Positions 46,329 through 54,830 of a stretch of DNA of 64,000 nucleotides are shown here, in pieces. The notes under the pieces were generated by a model, which worked only from the letters and a program-made list of their open reading frames with translations, was not told where the DNA came from and made no database searches. Positions within the stretch are counted from its first letter, which is position 1. Each line of letters begins with the position of its first letter. Origin of the DNA: an uncultured virus (IMG/VR IMGVR_UViG_3300021142_000017) (Duplodnaviria; Heunggongvirae; Uroviricota; Caudoviricetes); IMG/VR virus record IMGVR_UViG_3300021142_000017; one strand, given 5' to 3'. A program made the translations under genes and the position numbers.

Positions 46329-46486
46329 TGTCAAAAGTAATTAAAAGTGATGAGATACAACAAGTTGCCAATTCAGGAGGAAAGATAGTGCGCTCAAAGA
46401 GAGCCAGCAGAGGTGACGGGTTGATGAAAACACTAACCCTTAGCGGGAGAGCGTTAAAGCGCGCTCAAAAGAAAAGCAAAGTTTAG
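46328..46486 (+). CDS. Small basic protein (52 aa)
   Basis: MSKVIKSDEIQQ...RALKRAQKKSKV; TAATG overlap. Confidence 0.5.
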   Translation: MSKVIKSDEIQQVANSGGKIVRSKRASRGDGLMKTLTLSGRALKRAQKKSKV

Positions 46487-46492
46487 TTAAAA

Positions 46493-46541
46493 GTTTGTGT
46501 TGGCGCGCCACCTTGCCAATAGGGGTAGGCGCGAGTACCCT
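46493..46541 (+). promoter_or_regulatory. Promoter preceded by a lone GTTTGTGTTG
   Basis: GTTTGTGTTG, then TTGCCA-17-TACCCT. Confidence 0.55.
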
Positions 46542-46575
46542 TAACCAAGTAACACCAATAGAAAAGGAAATATAA

Positions 46576-46851
46576 ATGGCTACAAAAATGGAAACGCTAA
46601 AAGCAAGCCTAATTAAAAATATAAACAAGGGCGGAGCATGGCTTCTTCACTATCAAATTATCTTTGATGGTGTTGTGAGATTAGATGTTACTCAGGCATG
46701 GTCTAACCCTTCCGCAGGAAAGCGCGCCTTGAAAGAAGTTGTATTGAAGGAAACACCACGCAAGTCAATTAAAATGGCTTCTATTAAACAAGATGAAAAT
46801 GGCAAGCACCTCTCCTTCGTTGGAGAGATGAACTATCAACCACTACCATAA
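46576..46851 (+). CDS. Early hypothetical protein
   Basis: AAGGA RBS; AWSNPSAGKR. Confidence 0.65.
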   Translation: MATKMETLKASLIKNINKGGAWLLHYQIIFDGVVRLDVTQAWSNPSAGKRALKEVVLKETPRKSIKMASIKQDENGKHLSFVGEMNYQPLP

Positions 46852-46863
46852 GAGGAGAGAGAA

Positions 46864-46986
46864 GTGAGTGGATTTCAATATAACTCTATTCCTGATTGGC
46901 ACATAGTAGATGAGCCTGATGATGATGAGGATTGGGAGGAAGATGATGAAGAAGAAGAAGATGATGAAGAAGAAGAAGATGAGTAA
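46864..46986 (+). CDS. Extremely acidic mini-protein (40 aa)
   Basis: GTG start after GAGGAG; MSGFQYNSIPDWHIVDEPDDDEDWEEDDEEEEDDEEEEDE. Confidence 0.6.
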   Translation: MSGFQYNSIPDWHIVDEPDDDEDWEEDDEEEEDDEEEEDE

Positions 46987-47152
46987 TGCTAACTCCGTAT
47001 CCATTGAAGATTTTGTAGAGGCGTATTCCAACGCGCTATTAGCGTATGCCTATGGCTCACACCCAAGCGGAGAGGCTCATGTTGTAGATTTGGCGGTAAC
47101 AGCCTCCTCGTTTGCCGAAGCTTCTTTTTATCTATTAGACCATATGTTTTAA
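46979..47152 (+). CDS. Hypothetical protein (57 aa)
   Basis: Start at MSNANSV; the upstream poly-K extension is a shadow frame. Confidence 0.55.
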   Translation: MSNANSVSIEDFVEAYSNALLAYAYGSHPSGEAHVVDLAVTASSFAEASFYLLDHMF

Positions 47153-47162
47153 TTGCGGAGAG

Positions 47163-47266
47163 AATAGGGCGTTAAAGCACTTCACGCCTTTCAGCTAAGG
47201 GCGGTCATGACCTTAATCTATGGGACCTATCACCATAGAGAGAGCGAGCCGTACCTGCGCCCTATT
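47163..47266 (+). ncRNA. Candidate structured ncRNA 2
   Basis: Intergenic; 9-bp closing stem AATAGGGCG/CGCCCTATT; inner hairpins CGCCTTT/AAGGGCG and TCTATGG/CCATAGA. Confidence 0.5.
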
Positions 47267-47286
47267 AACTAAAGAGAGAGAGAGAA

Positions 47287-47478
47287 ATGAACAGAGAGTT
47301 TCAAATGGTAGCAAGTCTTGATGGAAAAGTAATTAAAGGGTTAGACCTACCTGTTATAGTCATGGATGAGGACTTCTTTGAGTATTTAGAAGAAGAGAGT
47401 TATGATTCAGAGAGAGGAATAAGCATAGTAGATTTTGCCATTTACTATTTAGATTGGGAGAGAGAAAACGTTAAATGA
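47287..47478 (+). CDS. Acidic hypothetical protein
   Basis: ORF after a GA-rich leader. Confidence 0.6.
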   Translation: MNREFQMVASLDGKVIKGLDLPVIVMDEDFFEYLEEESYDSERGISIVDFAIYYLDWERENVK

Positions 47479-47553
47479 ATAGTCTAAAGTTTTTAATGCT
47501 TCTACAAGAGAGCATAGTAGAGTTACTTAAAGCAATAAGTTATATTTACCAAT

Positions 47554-47582
47554 AAGAAAGCCCCCTTTCGGGGGCTTCTTTA
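47554..47582. terminator. Bidirectional terminator between the early island and nrdJ
   Basis: AAGAAAGCCCCC-TTTC-GGGGGCTTCTTT. Confidence 0.8.
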
Positions 47583-49616
47583 TTACTGATTATCTTTAAT
47601 CAGCTTGACCTCACAAGCGTCTGTCGTACAGTACGCTTCACCAATAGCATCCATAGCCATACCAGCATAGATACCAGCAAAGTCAATAGGAAAGAGTTTC
47701 ATGCGGTATTCCTCATACTGCTCGGCAGTAATCTGCGTGTAAGGCATTTGAGGATAGATAGTGTTTCCACTAGGCAAGAAAGAGACTGTCTTTAACTGAC
47801 CGTCATACATATGAAGTACGCGACCAACGGCAGAAGATTCCTTCTCAGGGTCAAAAGAGATTGTTACTGATACAGAGTTATCTGACCAATAGCGTTGAGC
47901 CTGAGCAGCAAGAGCCATCTTCTCATAGATAGAGACTTCCTTCTCTGAACGTACTGCGTTAGATTCAACAGGGAAGAAAACTACTGAAGTATTATTAGGG
48001 TCTTCACTCGCTGGCTCTACTGTGTATTGAGCCATTTTGAAGAGAGGAAGCATTGGGTCGCCGTTGCGGAAACGAATAGCCCGCAAGAAGTGCTTACCAC
48101 CAACAGGCCAATGAACTCCTGGACTTTCTCCTGCCAAGATAGAGACTGTTCCTGATGGCTTTACAGTTGTAGTTTTAATTGACTCACGAATACCAAGCCA
48201 CTCAGAGTATGTTCTATCGTAACTCTGAATAACTTTGTAGCCCTCATCCATCCAAGTGCGAAGGATAGGCAAACCTTTGTTATCAGCAAAGTTAGCGACA
48301 CCTGAAATAGAAGTACCAATACGGCGGTTACGCTGCATGATTGCGTTAGTCTCTTCCCAATGTGTAGGAAGTAGGGTTACAGTTTTAGCATAAAGGTAAG
48401 CAAACTTGAGAGTGCGCTTGAAGTCCTCTAGGTTCTCATGTCGGTTAAGGTAAGTTTCAACGAGAGTACAACACTCATAAGACTCAAGAGATTGTTCAGC
48501 GCATGGGTTGTATCCCATAATGCGCCAGTCTTTGTTGTTCTCAGGGTCAGCTAAGCGCCCATACTTACGAGATACATCCATCCAAATAACTCCAGGCTCA
48601 CCATTGCGAGCAATACCATCAACGATTCCTGATAGGTCTTGACCAACAGAGGTCTCTACTGAGTTATTAGACATCCAAGCCCATCCTGGACTTTCTGGGT
48701 CATATGAGTTGCGCTCAGGGTATGTTTCAGAGTTCTTTAGATTTAAGAAGTTTTCATCATCCAAGCGGCCCATAAGAAGCTCAGCTGAACGACGTACATT
48801 TCCTGAAACTACGCAAACTCCAATTAAGTTGCCAATGTCAGCAATATCCACACGAGTAATTAAACTTCCAGCTCTTCCATTGAAGATACGGCGTATATGG
48901 TTATGTAATCTTTCTAGTGGTTCATGTCCTGCGGCTGTTCCTCCGAAAGTTTTGATTGGGGTTCCTGCTGGCCTAATTTGGCTGTAATCGAAGCTTGGAG
49001 CCTTCGTATCTGGCTTGAGGTAAGCATTGATGAGAGTTCCGATGGAATCAACCCATCCTTCTCTGGTGTCGGGGATGACATATGTTTCTCCTTCTTGTGG
49101 TTCGTAAATTAAAAACTCTTTATCCGCGCCCTTGTCGTCAAAGCCTACTCCAACACCTAGCATCGAGGCTTCCATTAGAAAAGCAAAGGGCTTGGCTGGA
49201 TTGAGCTTGGTCATGGAATCAGTGGATACAAAGGCACAGTTTTGTAGTGCAGCGGAGTTTCGCTGCTCATTAACGATTGGTGTTCCCATTACCCAAAGTC
49301 CACGGCCTGGGGGAGTCCACTTTAAGTTCCAAAGGCGGTCGAAAGCCTCCTTAGCAGAAGACTGGGCTTTAGAATCATTCCATGGAAGGCGGTTATCCTT
49401 AGCGTGGTCTTTCTGTAAAGAATACATACCATTGATAACGCGCTCACACACGTCAGTCCAAGTCTCCTTGGTTCCATCTTCTTTAAGACGGCTATATGTT
49501 CTAAGGAAGGTAATCTCGCCTACCGAGTTACCAGCGGCATCTTGGTATCCCCAAGGTACTTTCTTATCTCTGTATCCTGCTAGAAAGTCCTCAGTTAGTC
49601 TGAACGACAATGCCAT
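47583..49616 (-). CDS. nrdJ: Class II (adenosylcobalamin-dependent, monomeric RTPR-type) ribonucleotide reductase
   Basis: RTYSR, PPGRGLW, NC, GNVRRSA, NPCAEQ, TTVKPSGT, C-terminal CTTDAC; no beta-subunit gene adjacent. Confidence 0.92.
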   Translation of the reverse strand: MALSFRLTEDFLAGYRDKKVPWGYQDAAGNSVGEITFLRTYSRLKEDGTKETWTDVCERVINGMYSLQKDHAKDNRLPWNDSKAQSSAKEAFDRLWNLKWTPPGRGLWVMGTPIVNEQRNSAALQNCAFVSTDSMTKLNPAKPFAFLMEASMLGVGVGFDDKGADKEFLIYEPQEGETYVIPDTREGWVDSIGTLINAYLKPDTKAPSFDYSQIRPAGTPIKTFGGTAAGHEPLERLHNHIRRIFNGRAGSLITRVDIADIGNLIGVCVVSGNVRRSAELLMGRLDDENFLNLKNSETYPERNSYDPESPGWAWMSNNSVETSVGQDLSGIVDGIARNGEPGVIWMDVSRKYGRLADPENNKDWRIMGYNPCAEQSLESYECCTLVETYLNRHENLEDFKRTLKFAYLYAKTVTLLPTHWEETNAIMQRNRRIGTSISGVANFADNKGLPILRTWMDEGYKVIQSYDRTYSEWLGIRESIKTTTVKPSGTVSILAGESPGVHWPVGGKHFLRAIRFRNGDPMLPLFKMAQYTVEPASEDPNNTSVVFFPVESNAVRSEKEVSIYEKMALAAQAQRYWSDNSVSVTISFDPEKESSAVGRVLHMYDGQLKTVSFLPSGNTIYPQMPYTQITAEQYEEYRMKLFPIDFAGIYAGMAMDAIGEAYCTTDACEVKLIKDNQ

Positions 49617-49693
49617 TATTTCCTCATTTCTGTATAGTTTTTAGGTAGTGCATTTCCAACCCCTGTGAGAGGGCTGTTATATTATAAGAACTC

Positions 49694-51160
49694 TTACTTA
49701 TCTTCTAACGATTGTTTAATAATTTGGGTGGTTTGCGCTTCATTTAAGCCGCCATCAGGTAGCTCTTTTAGTGCCTGCGCCTTATCTCCAAAGATAGAAG
49801 ATAGCACTCCTGCTGAACCTTGTCGCTCTACAGTCATGCGAATAAACTCACGTGAATCGTCTAATTCTTTAGTAGTTTTAATGAGTTTAAATAGTCGGTC
49901 TATCTCTTGAGAAACGTTAGGGTCAGCGTATCCACCACTCATTTCTTCAGCAAAACGCATAAAAGCAACCCTTTGGCCCTGCATTTCAATAACTGCATTG
50001 ATAAGGGATTTGAGTTGGTCTTTGGTCTTTACCTCCACTGGTAGCTTAAATGCACATACAGATTGTGGCTTAAAAGCTGGGCAATTAGAGGCTACAAAGC
50101 ATGTATCACAAGCTCGCAAGCTGGTTGATTGTGAGTGGATTGTGGACACATCTTTGATGGTTCCATCATCCTCAACAACGGTCTCAAGTTGGTATCCAAA
50201 GACTGGTAAATTGCCCATTTCCACATCTTCTCGTGGCAAAAGTTTCCGTGGTTCTACCCCCTTCTTATTAGATACGGCAGGGGTACTTTCCGCATTAGTA
50301 CCTAGTACTAAATCATCGCTGTTATGATATAACAGTTCGTCATCTTCTTCGCTGCTCACTCTGTTCATCCTATTCTCAAACTGTTGATATGACCAAATCG
50401 CTAGACGGCAAACCTCTTTATCATCATCTTCTAAAATCTTATCTACATCCAAACCTGCTTTGATATAGACGTTTCTATAGCGGGAGCGAGCTTGGTCTTT
50501 CATGCGCTTTGGATAGCGGTTGAGCTTAACACCATCCCAGACAATAGTCTCTCCGTTGAGCATAGGGGCAAGCCATGACATAGTGCTGGCGGTCTCAGCA
50601 GACACCTGTCGTAGGTTATCTGGCTTAGCTGACCCCATGATATGAAATCTAGTTCCATGTTGGCGCGACAATGTTCTAGTGACCATAGCTAGCTGTGTTT
50701 CAGTCTCTAGCGCCTCTCCTGGGATTGCTATGTCTAAATACCTATCTACTAATAAGTTAAGCTCTGCTAGGCCTGTAGAAGGCTCCCAAATAGGTTGAAA
50801 CTTGCCTGGAGGGACTTCCGCCCAAGCTGTGCGGCGCTGTTCCTCTACAAAAGACTGGTCAACCCAAGGACCGTTAATTTCATTGAAAGTGTTAATGCGG
50901 TCTATGTTATTAGCAATAAAGTACTCGTACTCAGCTGCAAAACACTCTAAATCCAGGCGGTCTAACTCTATATCCTTAGGGATACCTGGATGCACATGAA
51001 TATGAAAGTCCTTGTTAAAGTAGTTACTAATAAAATACCCCTTGGCTGGCAGCCCGCGCTTTATAAGCCGCCAAAGACTGACACCTACATGGGTAGCTGA
51101 GGTAGTTTCTATTAAAGTACGATTGGACGGGACTTCTGCCCCCAGATATATGAGCTTCAC
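49694..51160 (-). CDS. Hypothetical protein: degenerate TGT-like N-terminal domain plus Cys-cluster C-terminal domain
   Basis: RFHIMG...TASTMSW loosely resembles the H.LG...DS.SW motif; CDTC-x5-C-x8-C. CDS is clear, function is weak. Confidence 0.5.
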   Translation of the reverse strand: MKLIYLGAEVPSNRTLIETTSATHVGVSLWRLIKRGLPAKGYFISNYFNKDFHIHVHPGIPKDIELDRLDLECFAAEYEYFIANNIDRINTFNEINGPWVDQSFVEEQRRTAWAEVPPGKFQPIWEPSTGLAELNLLVDRYLDIAIPGEALETETQLAMVTRTLSRQHGTRFHIMGSAKPDNLRQVSAETASTMSWLAPMLNGETIVWDGVKLNRYPKRMKDQARSRYRNVYIKAGLDVDKILEDDDKEVCRLAIWSYQQFENRMNRVSSEEDDELLYHNSDDLVLGTNAESTPAVSNKKGVEPRKLLPREDVEMGNLPVFGYQLETVVEDDGTIKDVSTIHSQSTSLRACDTCFVASNCPAFKPQSVCAFKLPVEVKTKDQLKSLINAVIEMQGQRVAFMRFAEEMSGGYADPNVSQEIDRLFKLIKTTKELDDSREFIRMTVERQGSAGVLSSIFGDKAQALKELPDGGLNEAQTTQIIKQSLEDK

Positions 51161-51618
51161 TGCTGCAGCCTTGGGTCTTCTAATAAAGTATCTTGTTGCT
51201 TCTTAATCTCTTCACTAATAGCATCCCAAGTACGGCGGCCTTCAGAGCTATCTGGTCTAAAACGCTCCTGAATATAAGATGGCTGCATAAATACCATTGT
51301 TGTAATACCAACCTCTATCAATCTTTTGGCCAGCTCAGGGTCAGAGGTTATCACAAGGTCAATAGGCCCTTTACCACGGCAATACTCAACCTGACGGTAT
51401 TCAGGAAAGTCTGTAAGAAGTGGGATGCTCTTGTCAATCAAGTCATCTAATTTATTTATTTTATGCTCTTTAAGCCAATGGTCATCTTTGGCCTTATCGT
51501 TACATAAAAGAACAACTCTATTTCCATCATTAAAAAGTCGATAAATCGCTAATCCTTGATAAATAGGTGCCCCTGTATGGCTGCGAAGTACGCCATCTAC
51601 AAACATAATAACTGACAC
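51157..51618 (-). CDS. HAD-like fold protein
   Basis: IMFVDGVL (first Asp of DxD missing), LVITSDP. Confidence 0.55.
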   Translation of the reverse strand: MSVIMFVDGVLRSHTGAPIYQGLAIYRLFNDGNRVVLLCNDKAKDDHWLKEHKINKLDDLIDKSIPLLTDFPEYRQVEYCRGKGPIDLVITSDPELAKRLIEVGITTMVFMQPSYIQERFRPDSSEGRRTWDAISEEIKKQQDTLLEDPRLQQ

Positions 51619-51670
51619 GAATTAGTTCTCCTAATTAAATAAAGCTATAGCGGGACTATAGCACCTAGTC

Positions 51671-52603
51671 CTACTTTTTGCCGATTAACGCTCTACGAAT
51701 TAACGTACTAGCGTCTGGTAGCTCCATTCCGTAAGTAGATGCCTCAAATGATTTACGGCTTTTTGTTGAAATTTCTTTTAACTTATTGAGGGCTTGAACA
51801 GTTCCAGCAGCCTTACCTGATTGCCAACGGTAGTTAGCTATATCCATATAGCCTTTTCCTGAAGGACTAAAGGCTGAGCGCCTACCCTCATGAATAACAT
51901 CAAATACGGCAGCTCCTTGTTCAACCGCTAACTTTAATGCGGCTTCTGCATTTCTACGAGCTGTGTCATTAGTAGAACTGCCTAACTCAACTAATGCCTT
52001 AGAGTAACGGGCAACAATATCTTTTGTCATAGCAGTATCGCGGGCTACAACTAAATCCCAAGCTTTATTAACGGGTGGCTTATGAATTTCTGGTGTAACA
52101 ATCCAATCGTCATTGGTAACTGAATAGGCTGCATAAGGCTTAATAGATTTAATATCTTGACTCACATTTACATAAAAAGTAAGTTCAAAGGCATCTAAAA
52201 AGTTCTTAGTAAGTGGGTATAAGTCTTCTCTAAAGTTTTCATTAAATAGCGCAGCTATCTGTTTATCACTTAAGGCTTTATATTCTTGGTTAGCTTGCCT
52301 AAACAGTAAATAATTAACGCTTATTAAACAGTCTAAATCAGCTGGTGTTCTTGCAGCTGTCCATTGATATGAAATACCTGAGCCAGCTAAATACACATGT
52401 ACATATGCCTCTGGGTTATAGTAATGTCTTTTTAGATGTTCAAATAAAATACGAAGAATTGCTGAACGTACAAAAGGTACAAGCTTTCCGCTGCGAATTA
52501 AACGAGGGTCTAGGCCTGCCCCAGGTGCGCTGAAGTACGAAGTTTCAGATGGCTCTACAGATACAGGCTGAGCCTGTGAGACAAGTGCGGCGTAGAAATC
52601 CAT
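51671..52603 (-). CDS. Pol-beta superfamily nucleotidyltransferase
   Basis: LAGSGISY.W...DLDCLI...ELTFYV...AAYSV..DDW; leaderless start. Confidence 0.75.
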   Translation of the reverse strand: MDFYAALVSQAQPVSVEPSETSYFSAPGAGLDPRLIRSGKLVPFVRSAILRILFEHLKRHYYNPEAYVHVYLAGSGISYQWTAARTPADLDCLISVNYLLFRQANQEYKALSDKQIAALFNENFREDLYPLTKNFLDAFELTFYVNVSQDIKSIKPYAAYSVTNDDWIVTPEIHKPPVNKAWDLVVARDTAMTKDIVARYSKALVELGSSTNDTARRNAEAALKLAVEQGAAVFDVIHEGRRSAFSPSGKGYMDIANYRWQSGKAAGTVQALNKLKEISTKSRKSFEASTYGMELPDASTLIRRALIGKK

Positions 52604-52610
52604 TCAGCTA

Positions 52611-52814
52611 TTATAGTTCTTTTTCGCGCTGTTCCTTATAGATAATCTCATATGACGGGGCACTTTCTTCTACGGGCATGGTTGCCTTTGTCATAAAACC
52701 ACAACTTTGATGCGAGTTAATAAACTGGTTTGCCCATAGCATTGCTAACGTATCATTCTCATCTGAATCAACTGAAAATGAAGCTGTGCAACTGCAGTTC
52801 ATGTCGATGTACAT
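52611..52814 (-). CDS. Small CxC...HxxC protein
   Basis: CSC...HQSC. Confidence 0.6.
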   Translation of the reverse strand: MYIDMNCSCTASFSVDSDENDTLAMLWANQFINSHQSCGFMTKATMPVEESAPSYEIIYKEQREKEL

Positions 52815-52841
52815 GAGGGTCCCGTTTCCTAGACTATGTAC

Positions 52842-53108
52842 TTACAGTATACCTTTACTCTCTAGGGCTTGGCGGATTGAACTTGAGGCCTTTTCTGAGT
52901 CACTTTGAGATAATTTAGATAGTTTAGCTGTAACGGCCTCTGCAATAGCATCTCTTTGTATTGCCTCAACTATTTCAGAACACCCAGTTTTAATCTCTTG
53001 TCTAGTAGCTTGTCGATTTATCTCTAAATCTACTGGAATGCTATTTAATGCTGAGTAGGTTCCATCGCTCTTAAGTACTATTAAGATGGCGGCTTCTACC
53101 TTAGGCAT
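52842..53108 (-). CDS. Hypothetical protein
   Basis: TAATG coupling. Confidence 0.65.
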   Translation of the reverse strand: MPKVEAAILIVLKSDGTYSALNSIPVDLEINRQATRQEIKTGCSEIVEAIQRDAIAEAVTAKLSKLSQSDSEKASSSIRQALESKGIL

Positions 53109-53662
53109 TAGTTATACAAACCTCGTTCTTCATAAGCGCGCTTTTGGTTGTACATTTTAACTGGGCAAAAATCACAAAGGTAAACTTTAATCTTAGATGC
53201 CGCTAAACCAGCATCCTTGCGTTCCTTTTCAGTACCAGCTTTAAGTTGTTTACGGTCGCTTTTATAGTCTGGACATTGACCTTTAGGGCTATTATGAACC
53301 TTCCAACAAGACATAGCATCTGTAGAGTATGTCTCTTTAAGGTCATAAAAACCTGTACCAAACACATCAAGACCTGTAGAACCACCACTAAGAATCTGCT
53401 CTTTAATTTGGGCAAGGATACTTTCTTTTAACTTAGGGTTGCCCATCCATGCAACAGTTAAGCAATCTGTAAGAACACCAAAGTGGCCTTGTCGCTCGCA
53501 CTCACCAATAGCACCTGGAAGCCAAGGATTATCTGTTTGGTCATACTTACCCTCACCCAAAGATTTACCGCCCTTGTAATAAGGGACCTCTTGGATAGTT
53601 TTACACTGCTTGCATATAAGCAGGTTTATTCGGTCTGGCTCTAACTCATCAATTGAAGACAT
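53108..53662 (-). CDS. Cys-rich hypothetical protein
   Basis: CKQC, C..H...C, CDFC; leaderless start. Confidence 0.7.
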   Translation of the reverse strand: MSSIDELEPDRINLLICKQCKTIQEVPYYKGGKSLGEGKYDQTDNPWLPGAIGECERQGHFGVLTDCLTVAWMGNPKLKESILAQIKEQILSGGSTGLDVFGTGFYDLKETYSTDAMSCWKVHNSPKGQCPDYKSDRKQLKAGTEKERKDAGLAASKIKVYLCDFCPVKMYNQKRAYEERGLYN

Positions 53663-53683
53663 GGCGTAAGCCTACCACAAATG

Positions 53684-54094
53684 TTAAAGCTTACCCTCTT
53701 TTTTAGCAGCTTCTAGCTTTTGTTGCGCTTTTTGTAGGTTGCTAACCTTTTTAACTGGGGCTACTGCTTTAGCAGCGGACTTCTTCTCTAGTTTTTTCTT
53801 AGGCATATCTGGAATTGTGACTTTGCCTCCAGCATGAACCAATGCCCCTTTATCGCTAACAAGGGCTTTTATATGCTCTGGGTTATTTTTATCTAATTTA
53901 ATTTCTTTTCTAGGGCGGCTATCTACAGAACCTGTACGTTGGACTATGGCTCTTCCACTTGGCATAACTGTTCCGCCAGTAACCTGGCCTCTATTTGGAA
54001 ACGGGTCATCTACAGAACGAAACTGTTTAGATTGTGGGGCTTTAGGCTCTACGGTTCCGCCAAAGCGTTCAATGAGCGATTTACGCTCAGCCAT
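53684..54094 (-). CDS. Lys-rich protein
   Basis: Basic low-complexity ORF in a coupled series. Confidence 0.6.
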   Translation of the reverse strand: MAERKSLIERFGGTVEPKAPQSKQFRSVDDPFPNRGQVTGGTVMPSGRAIVQRTGSVDSRPRKEIKLDKNNPEHIKALVSDKGALVHAGGKVTIPDMPKKKLEKKSAAKAVAPVKKVSNLQKAQQKLEAAKKEGKL

Positions 54095-54341
54095 TGGTAC
54101 GAATCTTAACTACAGGGGTTTTTCCAGCTTCTTTAGCTTTTCTATTACGTGTAGCAAGATGACGGTCCTCAGATGCTGCAAGATTTTGACGAGTTACATC
54201 CGATTGACCCATAACATCTAGTTTTACGCCTTTTTTATCTTCGTATTCTTTTGGCTCATATCCATACTCATCATAGGCGTGAGCAGCATCTTTAATAACT
54301 TTTACATTACTTGTTGGAAACTGTGACTCATTAGTATTCAT
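54087..54341 (-). CDS. Hypothetical protein
   Basis: Coupled ORF. Confidence 0.6.
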   Translation of the reverse strand: MNTNESQFPTSNVKVIKDAAHAYDEYGYEPKEYEDKKGVKLDVMGQSDVTRQNLAASEDRHLATRNRKAKEAGKTPVVKIRTNG

Positions 54342-54619
54342 TATTTTTCATCCAATGCGTGTTTGTCGTAGTCACCTTCTGGAAAAGAATTATTATCATA
54401 CTTTTTACCACGGACTGAGTCTTGTGGTCCAAACTTTTTATGGTAATTTTCAGATATTACATTTACATGTGTTTCTGGCGTTAAACGGCCAAACTCTGGA
54501 CCAGCAAATAAACGTTCAGTATTAAGTGGTTCACGCTTAGATGCACGGCCTAGTGCACCCATCATTTCAGCGTGGCTACCTACTGTACGTTTAATATCTC
54601 TTGCACGGTCTTTAGCCAT
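54341..54619 (-). CDS. Hypothetical protein
   Basis: MAKDRARDIKR N-terminus. Confidence 0.6.
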   Translation of the reverse strand: MAKDRARDIKRTVGSHAEMMGALGRASKREPLNTERLFAGPEFGRLTPETHVNVISENYHKKFGPQDSVRGKKYDNNSFPEGDYDKHALDEK

Positions 54620-54620
54620 G

Positions 54621-54830
54621 TTAATTACCTGCTGGGTTTACTTTGCTTGGCTCTTCTGAATTAACAAATCCGTAGTTCCAATAAGGATGTAGGTCAGAAC
54701 GATTTTGAACAACTAGTTCATCGCCCATGCCTGCAGCAACAGATGTATTAGGACGGCGCTTACGATACTTACCGTCTGTTGCGCCCTCTTTTAGTGATTC
54801 ATTTTCTGAACGGAACTTATTTACTGTCAT
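54621..54830 (-). CDS. Hypothetical protein
   Basis: ATGA overlap; EGATDGKYRKRRPN. Confidence 0.6.
   Translation of the reverse strand: MTVNKFRSENESLKEGATDGKYRKRRPNTSVAAGMGDELVVQNRSDLHPYWNYGFVNSEEPSKVNPAGN

Noticed and set aside
46910..46978. Met/Lys-rich N-terminus MSLMMMRIGRKMMKKKK
   Set aside because: Shadow of the GAT/GAA-rich acidic ORF at 46864-46986, which has the RBS
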